Assembly (NCBI GenBank): GCA_024643755.1
Contig: JAHEMG010000012.1
Span: 4,574 to 68,573 of the forward strand
Reading direction: 5' to 3'
Length of the DNA stretch: 64,000 bases
From: Flavobacteriales bacterium
GTDB taxonomy: Bacteria; Bacteroidota; Bacteroidia; NS11-12g; UBA955
The notes beneath the pieces are model-generated. The model was not told the DNA's origin. It searched no databases and was given only the letters and a program-made list of their open reading frames with translations. Shown in pieces: positions 1-9,584 of this stretch (the first letter of the stretch is position 1; each line of letters opens with the position of its first letter). The position numbers were made by a program, and so were the translations under genes.

Positions 1-2530
1 TTCCGCCGGCTTGCACGGTGATTTTTGAGGCGGCTCTGCATTGAAACAGGGTGGTTTGGTTTTTGGCTTCGCCGGATTCTATGTTCATCACCCCGCCGGA
101 TTTGATGCGAATTTCTGAGGGCTGGCAATTGCCCAAGTAGAAGGTGCGCGATTTCAATTTGGCGATCACGGCTTTTTCTACGGGTGTGCACCGGCTGTTG
201 GAGAGGTTGCCATTTACGTTGAGGGTTTGGTCTGCCTCAACCATGATGCTACCCACAAAGCGATCATAAGGGTTACCGATAACAATCTCATTTTTATCGG
301 TTTGGTAGGATTGTTTTTCAGACCAGATGATTTGTTTCAGCAACCATTCGGCATTGCCCCCTTTTTCATCATCAAAGAACACGTGGTCTTGGTTGAAACG
401 TGGGGCAAAATAGTTGTGGAAAGGCGTATTTCTCAGCCCCAACATTTGGGTGCCCAAGGTTTGAGAAAGCGGTTTATTGAATTTGATTCGAACGGAGTCG
501 CTAGCCAGGGCGCTCCAAATGGGAATGAAGCAGGTTACATCGGTGGTGCGTTCTGAGAAAACGAGCCAAGTGTGTTTTTCCAGGGTTTTGTGCAAATCTG
601 CGATGATGGTTGTACCTCCGCCGGCAATATGTTCGTAGCTAGGCAAATCGCCATTCACGCTGTGAGAATGCATTTTCTTGTAGGTTGTTTTGAACAAAGC
701 CACTGTGGGAAGTCCGGGAGGGGGCACCATAAAGCCATTGGCGAAAACGAACAATTTTGCATCGGATTGGGGTAGTCCTTGGGCAATGGCATAGAGTGTT
801 TTGCTTCCCTTTTTTATGGCGTAGTTTCTAATAAAATCGTGCAGTGGCTGTCCGATATTGAAATGCAGGAGCGAGTCACCCACCTGTAGGCTTCTGAATC
901 TGTTGGTGGGTTGATTAAACATTTCGCCATCGCCATTGGTCACAGCGAAACGCCAAGGGACGGTGGGGAAGGCGTGCATGCTAGAGTCTGCCATGTACTT
1001 GTTGTGGAGCGCATGGGGTTTGTCTCCGTTTTGGTAGTGCATCAAGAGCATTTGCTTGGAGGCAGGACGGTTGAGCATGCGTTCTTTAAGGTCGTTGAGT
1101 CTCCCTGAAAGACCACTATAATAGTCAAGGGTCACCTGAACCGAAAGGGGTATTGCTGCACCCATGAGTGGACCGTCAAATGAGGTATAACTGCGAACAC
1201 AGTGCGAAAGGGTGTCGTTTTCGAGCATGGTCAATGCACGTCGCGCCACCAATGCACCCATGCTGGCTCCTACCACATGGATGTGGTCACCGCAGAGGCG
1301 TTGTTGAATTTGCTTGATGACTTCTTTGACCACCACGGCATTGTTTTCAATGTAGTCGGCCCCATCCCAAAAATCCACGTATACAATGTCGTACCCCGAA
1401 TCGCGGTATTGCTTGAGGATTTTGGGTGTATGCTGAATGGAATTCCAGTCGGTCCAGGTTTGTGATTCCACATCCCATTGTTTGCCTTTTAGTAGGTCGA
1501 TGTAGCCCATGTTTCCGCATTTTCCTTCGCGGTAACCGGTGGGCCAGCCGCGGTAGCCAAAATCGATACCTTCTACGAAAACGATGGGTTTGTTGAGGCA
1601 TCCGGGCACGCCTTGGGTGCGGGTACTATAGTGGATGCTCACTTTGGCGCCACTGGTTACCACTGCCCCAGCTTCGTTGGACACATAGGCCTTGACATCA
1701 AACTGATCGATGGGTAATCCTTGGGTGATGGTTTCCCATTCTGGTGCTTTGGCGCTAAAGTACAGGTGCACGCGGGTGACCAATCGTTTCAGGGCTGCGC
1801 CCAATTGCATTTGTATGCCTCGGTTCATCGACACGCGTTCATCAGTGGAATCGACTTCTATGAATAAGAGTGCGTTGTTCAATCCTTCTGCGAGGTGTCT
1901 GAACGGGGTGGGTTGGTTCGGCGCCAGGGTGAAACTTTGTCCGTTGATATCCATCCCAAGTGATTTGATGGTTTTGATATCGCGGTGACTGATGTAGAAC
2001 CTAGGATCTAGGATCACCGAATGGATGTTTCTGTTGATTTGGGTGAACATGGGCATGAAGCAGAAGGCATCGTGAGATTGAAAGTCGGTCTGTAACCAAG
2101 GACCTTTTTTCACCATGTAATTGCTATCTGAATCGTAGTCATAATTTTGTCGCATCCAGAACGAATCGCTCAGTTTTTCATACCGAAAATCGATGAGTAC
2201 CAGGGGCATGATGCCTTTTTCGAGGTAGGGTTTAGACCATTGAAGCAAACTATCCCAGCTAGGTACTTTTGTGGTAGTAGCACGTTGGGTGTGGCTGAGT
2301 GAGCGACACAGTTCTTCGGCTTCTTTGGTGGTTTGTGGCTGTCCGGTAGTGGCGCCATTGAACATATCGAAGTTGGTTTGTGGCGATGCCAGCTCAATGA
2401 TTTTCGGGGCATTGGGCGTATTGAGGTGAAGTCCTTTGAAGAAGTGTTGGTATTCTGTAAGGAAGTCTTGGGCGCCCAGGGTATGCATTAAGCCCAGCGC
2501 GATGCCGATGATGATCGATTTGATTTTCAT
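1..2530 (-). CDS. secreted alpha/beta-hydrolase (lipase/esterase-like) protein; C-terminal part lies outside the window
   Basis: Read by hand. The minus-strand frame is open from the ATG at 2530..2528 to the window edge, with an in-frame stop just upstream at 2549..2551. It is absent from the ORF track because no stop falls inside the window. Signal peptide MKIKSIIIGIALGLMHTLGAQ. Serine-hydrolase nucleophile elbow HVVGASMGALVARR (GASMG = 1256..1270). Confidence 0.6.
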   Translation of the reverse strand, partial: MKIKSIIIGIALGLMHTLGAQDFLTEYQHFFKGLHLNTPNAPKIIELASPQTNFDMFNGATTGQPQTTKEAEELCRSLSHTQRATTTKVPSWDSLLQWSKPYLEKGIMPLVLIDFRYEKLSDSFWMRQNYDYDSDSNYMVKKGPWLQTDFQSHDAFCFMPMFTQINRNIHSVILDPRFYISHRDIKTIKSLGMDINGQSFTLAPNQPTPFRHLAEGLNNALLFIEVDSTDERVSMNRGIQMQLGAALKRLVTRVHLYFSAKAPEWETITQGLPIDQFDVKAYVSNEAGAVVTSGAKVSIHYSTRTQGVPGCLNKPIVFVEGIDFGYRGWPTGYREGKCGNMGYIDLLKGKQWDVESQTWTDWNSIQHTPKILKQYRDSGYDIVYVDFWDGADYIENNAVVVKEVIKQIQQRLCGDHIHVVGASMGALVARRALTMLENDTLSHCVRSYTSFDGPLMGAAIPLSVQVTLDYYSGLSGRLNDLKERMLNRPASKQMLLMHYQNGDKPHALHNKYMADSSMHAFPTVPWRFAVTNGDGEMFNQPTNRFRSLQVGDSLLHFNIGQPLHDFIRNYAIKKGSKTLYAIAQGLPQSDAKLFVFANGFMVPPPGLPTVALFKTTYKKMHSHSVNGDLPSYEHIAGGGTTIIADLHKTLEKHTWLVFSERTTDVTCFIPIWSALASDSVRIKFNKPLSQTLGTQMLGLRNTPFHNYFAPRFNQDHVFFDDEKGGNAEWLLKQIIWSEKQSYQTDKNEIVIGNPYDRFVGSIMVEADQTLNVNGNLSNSRCTPVEKAVIAKLKSRTFYLGNCQPSEIRIKSGGVMNIESGEAKNQTTLFQCRAASKITVQAGG

Positions 2531-2883
2531 GCGATGGCCCTCCAATGGTTAGATGGGAAAACGAAGCCCAGTGAATTGTATTTAACGGGTAGGTTCCACG
2601 TGGGAATGAAGTCCAAGTTTTTGGATGGGTTGTGAACGGTTGTCGTGGGGTTCTGTGTGAAGGAATCATACACAGGGAACCAAGGTTGCTTTTTGTACAA
2701 GTAATTTTCCATAATTCATATCGTTAAATGTGCCATACAAAGTTGGAAAGCGGAAAATTGGAAAGCCCGTCGTTTATCGCCAAAATCGACCTGAATGGAT
2801 TTTAACTTTTGCGTTTTTTACAAAACTTTTGGGTGAACCCGAATAAAATGTTGTGTTAGTGCAAATTTTAACGAAAAACAGAT

Positions 2884-3876
2884 ATGCATATGATTCAGAC
2901 ATTTACACAACTATTACATCAGAAAACGAAGCAAAAAGGAATGAAGACCGCGACCATTGTAGCGGATGTATTATGTATCTCACAGGACGCTGCTTATCGC
3001 CGAATTCGCAACCCTGAATCGTTCAGAGCCGATGAGTTGATGAAGTTGGCCAAGGAATTTGAAATAGATTTAAACACGATGATTCACCTGGGCAAAAATT
3101 GGTTTCAGGGCGAGTTTCGGGTGATCAGTCCCCAGTATACCACCCACGATTATTACCGCGATATCAATACTTATTTGGAGAAAGCGATTTCACGACCCAA
3201 CAGTGTCATCGTCTATGGCGCGCAAGAGGTGCCGATGTTTTATCGCTTTTGGTTTCCAGCGTTTGCGGCGTTCAAGGCCTTTGTTTGGAAACGGGATTTT
3301 TTGAACGATGCGCAGTTTCGGTCGGTCCAGTTTCGCGCCGCGTCGATGCCCGAGGAGCGGGGGTTTGAGCGACTGAGCGATAACTACATGCAAATTGCGA
3401 GTGAGGAGATTTGGGGGTACGATACGTTGTTTTCTACGTTGTATCAGATTCACCATTACAAGGAGTGCGGGTTGTTTGCATCGGAGAATGATTTTAGGGC
3501 GGTGATGGACGAGTACGATTTTATGGTGGACCATATTTTGGCGCAGGCCGAGCGCGGCAAGAAGTTGCATCCGTATCATCCGCATGTGGTGGGTGGCGAT
3601 TTTCGGTTGTATTTCTCGCCGATGGTGAGTGCCGATAACACATTTATTATCAAGACGGTAAGAGACAGCATCGCCTTTGTGAATTCGCAGCGAAACGGCG
3701 TGTTGATCAGCGATTGCGAGTATTGGGTGAACACAACCGATAGCTGGTTAGAGACTTGCAAAAACAACGGCACTTTGTTGAGCGTAACGGGCGCCGGGCC
3801 CAGGAACAAACTGTTCAGACAAGAGTATATGTCGAAGAAGCGGTTGCTGGGATTGAATGAGCGCAACAGCGATTGA
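2884..3876 (+). CDS. helix-turn-helix domain protein (putative transcriptional regulator)
   Basis: 330-aa ORF. N-terminal HTH-like segment KTATIVADVLCISQDAAYRRIRNPESFRADELMKLAKEF. The remaining ~250 aa carry no motif I recognise. Divergent from the lipase-like gene. Confidence 0.5.
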   Translation: MHMIQTFTQLLHQKTKQKGMKTATIVADVLCISQDAAYRRIRNPESFRADELMKLAKEFEIDLNTMIHLGKNWFQGEFRVISPQYTTHDYYRDINTYLEKAISRPNSVIVYGAQEVPMFYRFWFPAFAAFKAFVWKRDFLNDAQFRSVQFRAASMPEERGFERLSDNYMQIASEEIWGYDTLFSTLYQIHHYKECGLFASENDFRAVMDEYDFMVDHILAQAERGKKLHPYHPHVVGGDFRLYFSPMVSADNTFIIKTVRDSIAFVNSQRNGVLISDCEYWVNTTDSWLETCKNNGTLLSVTGAGPRNKLFRQEYMSKKRLLGLNERNSD

Positions 3877-3943
3877 ATTGTTAGGGACCTATTAAGTTCT
3901 GTTAAAGTATAAAGAGATGGGTTTGCGATTGGGTTCGTAAACC

Positions 3944-3951
3944 TATCTTTG
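3944..3951 (+). promoter_or_regulatory. Bacteroidota -7 promoter box (TATCTTTG) for rsmI
   Basis: Perfect TAnnTTTG, 4 nt before the ATG at 3956. A TTTG (-33-like) lies at 3922..3925, 18 nt upstream of the box. Confidence 0.5.
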
Positions 3952-3955
3952 CTTT

Positions 3956-4669
3956 ATGACGGTGGGAAGATTGTATTTGGTGCCAACGCCAATCGGCAAT
4001 TTGGGCGACATGACCTATCGCGCGGTGGAGGTGTTGAACACGGTGAGTAAGATTTTGGCGGAGGACACCAGAACCACGCGGGTGTTGTTGAATCATTACC
4101 AAATTGGTACGCGGTTGGAGAGTTTCCACCAGCACAACGAGCACGGTAAATTGGCTTCGGTGATAGAGGAATTGCGGGGCGGTGCACTGATTGCTCAGGT
4201 GAGCGATGCGGGTACGCCGGGCATTTCGGATCCGGGTTTTTTGTTGGCCAGGGCTTGTGTGGATGCGGGGATTCCTTTCGAGGTATTGCCCGGTGCTACA
4301 GCGTTTGTGCCGGCATTGGTGAAGAGTGGTTTTGCGTTACACCAGTTTCGGTTTGAGGGGTTTTTGCCACAGAAGAAGGGCCGACAGACCCGCATCAATG
4401 CGTTGGCGGTGAATCCGGATACTACGGCATTTTATGAGAGTCCGCACAAAATATTGAAGACGTTGGAGCAGTTGAAAGCGGCGTGTGCCGAGGGCCGTCG
4501 CATCAGCGTATCGCGGGAGCTATCCAAAAAATTTGAAGAAACAGTGAATGGCAGCATCGCGGAGGTGCTGGCCCATTTCCAGAAGCATGCGCCCAAGGGT
4601 GAATTTGTGGTGGTTTTGGAGGGTTGTAATGCCAAGGCCGGGGATACGGGCGCGGAAGAAGAAGATTAA
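3956..4669 (+). CDS. rsmI: 16S rRNA (cytidine1402-2'-O)-methyltransferase
   Basis: N-terminus GRLYLVPTPIGNLGDMTYRAVEVL, then AEDTR, and GTPGISDPG; typical RsmI/tetrapyrrole-methylase fold signatures. 237 aa. Confidence 0.9.
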   Translation: MTVGRLYLVPTPIGNLGDMTYRAVEVLNTVSKILAEDTRTTRVLLNHYQIGTRLESFHQHNEHGKLASVIEELRGGALIAQVSDAGTPGISDPGFLLARACVDAGIPFEVLPGATAFVPALVKSGFALHQFRFEGFLPQKKGRQTRINALAVNPDTTAFYESPHKILKTLEQLKAACAEGRRISVSRELSKKFEETVNGSIAEVLAHFQKHAPKGEFVVVLEGCNAKAGDTGAEEED

Positions 4670-4685
4670 GGGGTTTTAACGCAGT

Positions 4686-6542
4686 ATGACAAAAAACGAT
4701 CATATCCGTGGGGTTGAGCGCATCAAAGGGGTGACATTGCCCACTTGGTTGTTGGTGGTTTTGCCAGCGATTTTGTTTGGTTTGGCATGGGAGCCGATGT
4801 CGTTTACTCCGTTGGTTTTCGTGGCGTTTGTGCCTTTTTTGCTGTTGGCTTACAGGGGCATGAAGGATAAGGGTCTACCCTATTTTGGTCGATTGTTTTT
4901 GGCGTTGATGCTCTGGAATATCGCAACCACTTGGTGGGTTTGGTTTGCTTCGGATGTTGGGGCGATTGCCATGCTGCTGATGAATTCCTTTTTCATGTAT
5001 TTGCCGTTTGGATTGTGGCGGATGTGGCATAAACGGGCGCCCAGATCTTGGCAATTGCGATGGCGGTTTGATGTAATTTTTATTGGCATTTGGTTGTTGT
5101 ATGAGTTTGCGCACCATCGCTGGGATTTGTCTTGGCCGTGGCTTTGTTTGGGCAATGCATTTAGCGGGATGACGTGGTATGTGCAGTGGTATGAAATTTC
5201 GGGCACATTGGGCGGTTCGGCGCTGATTTTGGCGGTGAACGTCTTGGTTTTCAGGGCGATTTTGTTGTGGCGCAGTCACAGTGAAACAGCTGCGATACCT
5301 TTTTGGAAGCGGGCTGCTGCGAAGCCATTGTTTACGGCAGGCACGTTGGTGGTTTTGATGGGGTTGATATCGGTGTGGTTGGGACATCGCGCGGCCGGAA
5401 TGGTGGGCAAGGGCGCAGGCTATTGGGTGGCGGCGATACAGCCGAATTACGATACCTACGAGGAGAAATTTGTGTTGGATCCGATGCAGATGGTGGAGGA
5501 AATGCAAGCCACTACCGAAGGTGCACAGCGGGCATTGCGGGCAAAGGGAGAGCGGTTGAATTGCGTGTTGTGGCCGGAGACTTCGTTGGTGAGTAGCATC
5601 AATGTGAAGTACATGGAATCAGACCAGCAAGTGGCTTTTTTGAAAGGGATGCGCAGTCGCGATAGCTTTCAGCCCGATTATTTGATGGGGGTGAATATGG
5701 TGCAGTGGTATCCTTGGCAGGGGAAGGGCAAGCCCGAGGTGTTGATGCCGGATAAGTCGGTGAGGACGGTGGCTGCGGCCCGACAGAGTAACGACCCCAA
5801 TTATTGGTACACGTTGCACAATTCGGCGTTGTGGTTGGGCGATACATTGAGTTATTATCACAAGTCGAAGTTGGTGCCGGGCACTGAGCAGTTGCCGTTT
5901 GTGAGCACGTTTCCGTTTTTGGAGTCGCTGGCGATATCGTTGGACGAAAACTCGGCTTCGGGCACGTTGGGCAAGAGCGATAGGGCGTTGGCTTTGGGCG
6001 ATGGGGTAAAGGCGGCGCCAGTGATTTGTTACGAAAGCATTTATGGCGATTATGTGAGCGATTATGTGGGCGATGGTGCGCAGTGGTTGGCGGTGGTAAC
6101 GAACGATGCTTGGTGGCGGAATACGGCGGGACACAAACAGCATTTTTCGTATGCCAAGTTAAGGGCCATCGAACAGCGAAAGTGGGTTGGAAGGGCTGCA
6201 AACACGGGCATTTCTGGGTTTATCAATCCGCAGGGTGAGTCGGTCTTGGAAACGGTTTGGTATCAGGGCAGGGCTGGACGGTGCGAGAGTCCGCTGGGCG
6301 ATATTGCGGCGAAAGACGGTGGTTATGCGGTGGGTGTTGGCACGCAGTGTGCGTTGGTGCAGCGGATTGTGCCGAACGATATCAAAACGATTTATCAGGG
6401 GCTGGGCGATGTTGGGGTTTTGGTGGTGTTGTGGGTTTTGTTGTTGGTAATTGCTGTGCGGGGCCGGGGCAAGATGGACTATGTGGGGATGGGGATGATG
6501 GATTTGGCGACACAGGTTTTGGTTGAGGTGGCGGCGGGATAA
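4686..6542 (+). CDS. lnt: apolipoprotein N-acyltransferase
   Basis: Multi-TM N-terminal half followed by a CN-hydrolase domain (LWPETS, YHKSKLVPGTEQLP, PVICYESIY) and a terminal TM helix. At 618 aa it is somewhat longer than the Lnt proteins I recall. Confidence 0.85.
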   Translation: MTKNDHIRGVERIKGVTLPTWLLVVLPAILFGLAWEPMSFTPLVFVAFVPFLLLAYRGMKDKGLPYFGRLFLALMLWNIATTWWVWFASDVGAIAMLLMNSFFMYLPFGLWRMWHKRAPRSWQLRWRFDVIFIGIWLLYEFAHHRWDLSWPWLCLGNAFSGMTWYVQWYEISGTLGGSALILAVNVLVFRAILLWRSHSETAAIPFWKRAAAKPLFTAGTLVVLMGLISVWLGHRAAGMVGKGAGYWVAAIQPNYDTYEEKFVLDPMQMVEEMQATTEGAQRALRAKGERLNCVLWPETSLVSSINVKYMESDQQVAFLKGMRSRDSFQPDYLMGVNMVQWYPWQGKGKPEVLMPDKSVRTVAAARQSNDPNYWYTLHNSALWLGDTLSYYHKSKLVPGTEQLPFVSTFPFLESLAISLDENSASGTLGKSDRALALGDGVKAAPVICYESIYGDYVSDYVGDGAQWLAVVTNDAWWRNTAGHKQHFSYAKLRAIEQRKWVGRAANTGISGFINPQGESVLETVWYQGRAGRCESPLGDIAAKDGGYAVGVGTQCALVQRIVPNDIKTIYQGLGDVGVLVVLWVLLLVIAVRGRGKMDYVGMGMMDLATQVLVEVAAG

Positions 6543-6594
6543 GACGGATTTGTTGGGTAGATGGTTGTGATCGGAAAGGCGTAGAAATTTCTTG

Positions 6595-6602
6595 TATCTT
6601 TG
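6595..6602 (+). promoter_or_regulatory. -7 promoter box (TATCTTTG)
   Basis: Perfect TAnnTTTG, 4 nt before the ATG at 6607. Confidence 0.5.
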
Positions 6603-6606
6603 TGGT

Positions 6607-6900
6607 ATGGGCACAGATTTTCAGCAGCGATTAGCGCGGATTCGCGGTAGGGTTGAGGCAGTGGTGCAGGAAAATCAGACGTTGAAATCGGAGAATTTGG
6701 TCCTTACGCAGGAGTTAGACGAGCTAAAGAAAACCATCGCGCTGCAAAAAAATGCCCTCTCAGAACTAAAAGAAGAGAATAAATTGATTAAACTTGCAAA
6801 GGAAATGTCGATGTCGGGCTCAGACGTTCACGATTTGAAAATCAAGATCAACGAGCTAGTCAGGGACATTGATAGATGCATAGATTTACTAAACGAATAA
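6607..6900 (+). CDS. small coiled-coil protein (ZapB-like position upstream of zapA)
   Basis: ATG at 6607 (the track start at 6592 is a TTG lying inside the promoter box). Heptad-rich sequence LKSENLVLTQELDELKKTIALQKNALSELKEENKLIKL. Immediately upstream of zapA. Confidence 0.5.
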   Translation: MGTDFQQRLARIRGRVEAVVQENQTLKSENLVLTQELDELKKTIALQKNALSELKEENKLIKLAKEMSMSGSDVHDLKIKINELVRDIDRCIDLLNE

Positions 6901-6908
6901 TATTTTAA

Positions 6909-7193
6909 GTGCAACCCAACGACAGCATACTCATCAACGTAAACATCGACAACCGTGCAATGCGGCTGCGTGTGGCGGTGAAGGATGAAGAAGACGTTCG
7001 GTTGTCGGCCCAAGTACTCAACCAGCGCATCAATGCTTTTAAGAGTTTTCATGCGCAAGAACCCATAGATCGCCTGTCATGGGCGGCCCTGGATTTGGCC
7101 GGTGAGGTGGTTCGCCACGGAAAAACTCATCGCCATCAAGACGAACTCTTAGAACAGGAGTTGGTTGCCATAGAGGGGTTGTTGTTTGCTTGA
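6909..7193 (+). CDS. zapA: cell division protein ZapA
   Basis: 94-aa ORF with a GTG start. ILINVNIDNRAMRLRVAVKDEEDVRLSAQVLNQRINAF resembles the ZapA N-terminal domain. Conserved position just upstream of rny. Confidence 0.65.
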   Translation: MQPNDSILINVNIDNRAMRLRVAVKDEEDVRLSAQVLNQRINAFKSFHAQEPIDRLSWAALDLAGEVVRHGKTHRHQDELLEQELVAIEGLLFA

Positions 7194-7259
7194 CCATATC
7201 GTTTGATTGGCTATAATCTCTGTGTCTATCTCCGCAAAAAAAGAAAGGAATAGCACAAA

Positions 7260-8801
7260 ATGGAAAACATCGTATTTATCCTCGCCGGACTCATAGTAGG
7301 GTTGGCCCTTGGATATGTTGTGTTTGTTGCGATGCGCAAAACACAGCTAGAGAAAGACAAGCAAAGCATCATTGAAGAAGCGAAATTGCAGGGAGAGAAC
7401 CTGAAGAAAGACCGTATTTTGGAAGCGAAGGAGAAGTACATGCAGCTTCGCTCGGAGTACGAAAAGGAGACCAACCGCAGAAACAGCGAAATCGGCAACA
7501 GCGAAAATCGCATCAAGCAGAAGGAGCAGTCGTTGGACGACAAAATCCGTGCGAACAAGCAGAAGGAAGACGAGTTGGCGAAGACCAAAGAGCGTTTGGA
7601 GTCGCAGATCGAGACTTACAAAGTGAAGGAGCGCGAGGTACAGCAATTGATGGATCAGCAGTTGTTGCAATTGGAGAAAGTGGCTGGATTGTCGGCCGCG
7701 GAAGCCAAAACGCAAATGTTGGAAAACATCAAGGTACAATCGCACACAGAAGGATTGACGTTGGCGAAAAACATCGTAGAGGAAGCCAAATTGGGGGCTA
7801 CCCGCGAGGCGAAGCGCATCGTATTGCAAACCATTCAGCGTACTGCGGCAGAGACTGCGATTGACAACACGGTGACCAGTTTCCCGTTGGAGAATGACGA
7901 CGTAAAAGGCAGAATCATTGGTAGAGAAGGACGTAATATTAAGGCGTTTGAAGCGGCTACTGGTGTAGAGATTTTGATTGATGATACTCCAGAAACCATC
8001 GTATTGAGTTGCTACGACCCTATCCGCCGAGAAATCGCGCGTGTATCTTTGGAGCGTTTGATTCGCGATGGTCGAATCCACCCAGCCCGCATCGAGGAAG
8101 TGGTGGAGAAGGTGAAGAAGCAGGTGGAAGAGGAAGTGGTAGAATGGGGCGAGCGCACCGTGGTGGATTTGGGCATTACCGGCTTGCATCCTGAGTTGAT
8201 TCGCTATGTAGGACGTATGCGTTTCAGAAGTTCATACGGACAGAATTTGTTGAAGCACAGCAGAGAGGTGGCGCGTTTGTGTGCTACGATGGCTGCGGAA
8301 ATGGGCTTGAACGTGAAATTGGCGAAGCGCGCGGGCTTGTTGCATGACATTGGAAAGTGTCCTGATAACGACGAGGAAACGCCACACGCCTTGTTGGGTA
8401 TGAAGTTGTGCGAAAAGTACGGCGAGCATCCTGAGGTGATTAACGCGGTTGGAGCGCACCACGACGAGATAGAGATGACCTCTTTGTTGAGTCCGGTGAT
8501 TCAGGCCTGCGATGCGATTTCAGGTTCACGACCTGGTGCACGTAGGGGCGATGACCAATACGTTGAGCGTATCAAGGAGATGGAGAGCATGGCGTTGAGT
8601 TACCCTGGCGTGGAGAAGGCGTATGCTATCCAGGCGGGTCGCGAATTGCGCATTATTATGTCGGCCGAGAAATCCAACGACGAGAATGCAGATACGTTGG
8701 CGTTTGAGTTGTCGAACCGCATCATGACAGAAATGCGTTATCCGGGTCAGGTGAAGATCACTGTGATTCGTGAGAAGCGCAGCGTAGGTATCGCGAAATA
8801 A
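7260..8801 (+). CDS. rny: ribonuclease Y
   Basis: N-terminal TM helix, long coiled coil, KH domain ([26 protein letters not shown]) and HD domain (LLHDIGK, GAHHDE). 513 aa. Confidence 0.95.
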   Translation: MENIVFILAGLIVGLALGYVVFVAMRKTQLEKDKQSIIEEAKLQGENLKKDRILEAKEKYMQLRSEYEKETNRRNSEIGNSENRIKQKEQSLDDKIRANKQKEDELAKTKERLESQIETYKVKEREVQQLMDQQLLQLEKVAGLSAAEAKTQMLENIKVQSHTEGLTLAKNIVEEAKLGATREAKRIVLQTIQRTAAETAIDNTVTSFPLENDDVKGRIIGREGRNIKAFEAATGVEILIDDTPETIVLSCYDPIRREIARVSLERLIRDGRIHPARIEEVVEKVKKQVEEEVVEWGERTVVDLGITGLHPELIRYVGRMRFRSSYGQNLLKHSREVARLCATMAAEMGLNVKLAKRAGLLHDIGKCPDNDEETPHALLGMKLCEKYGEHPEVINAVGAHHDEIEMTSLLSPVIQACDAISGSRPGARRGDDQYVERIKEMESMALSYPGVEKAYAIQAGRELRIIMSAEKSNDENADTLAFELSNRIMTEMRYPGQVKITVIREKRSVGIAK

Positions 8802-8816
8802 TATAGCATTGGTACG

Positions 8817-9584
8817 ATGTACCTTACCTTAGATATTGGCAATACAGCATCGAAATATGCCCTCTTCAGCGAAGAGGGCATATTGCGTTTTCACGGGGTG
8901 TTTGCCGATGTGGAGTCGCTGTGGCAGGAGGAGGCGTTGCAGGGGGTTTCGTTGCGGGCTTGTATTTTTAGTACGGTTCGGAAAGATATACCGTGGCTTA
9001 CGGGGCTTGATTGTCCAGTTCATCTGTTCAGCAGCAGCATGTCGCTCCCCATTTCCATTGGCTATGCCACGCCCGAGACCTTGGGTGCGGACCGGTTGGC
9101 GGGGGTTTTGGGTGCGAAGTGGCTGATGGAGAAGGCGGGTAAGGCGGCTGCGGAAGGAAAGGCGGCTGCGGAAGTTAAGCCAAGCGCTTGTTTGGTGATT
9201 GATGCGGGGACATGTGTTACGTATGATTGGTTGGATGCCGAAGGGTGTTATTTGGGCGGGAGTATTTCGCCGGGGTTGCACATGCGGTATTTGGCGTTGC
9301 ATCAGCAAACGGGTAAGTTGCCTTTGGTGAGTCACGAGGCCTATGATTTGAGTTGGGGCAGAAGCACCAATGAGAGCATTTTGTGTGGGGTGCAGCAGGG
9401 GATAGTGGGTGAATCGCACCGACAAATTGCGTTGTTCCTCGAAAAACATGCTGAAGGACAGGTATTTATCACGGGTGGCGACGGGTTATTCTTGGCGGAA
9501 CAACAGAAAACCAAGATATTTGTGGAGCCTTTGCTCGTTCATTACGGGTTGATGCACGCATTAACACATCATGAGAACAAATAA
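8817..9584 (+). CDS. coaX: type III pantothenate kinase
   Basis: MYLTLDIGNTASKYALF start, GADRLAG, and VIDAGTCVTYD; CoaX/ASKHA signatures. Confidence 0.85.
   Translation: MYLTLDIGNTASKYALFSEEGILRFHGVFADVESLWQEEALQGVSLRACIFSTVRKDIPWLTGLDCPVHLFSSSMSLPISIGYATPETLGADRLAGVLGAKWLMEKAGKAAAEGKAAAEVKPSACLVIDAGTCVTYDWLDAEGCYLGGSISPGLHMRYLALHQQTGKLPLVSHEAYDLSWGRSTNESILCGVQQGIVGESHRQIALFLEKHAEGQVFITGGDGLFLAEQQKTKIFVEPLLVHYGLMHALTHHENK

Noticed and set aside
2727-2737. TGGCAC hexamer (minus strand) in the lipase/HTH intergenic region as a sigma-54 promoter
   Set aside because: There is no TTGC-like -12 element at the required spacing (the sequence reads TGGCAC-ATTTA-ACGA).
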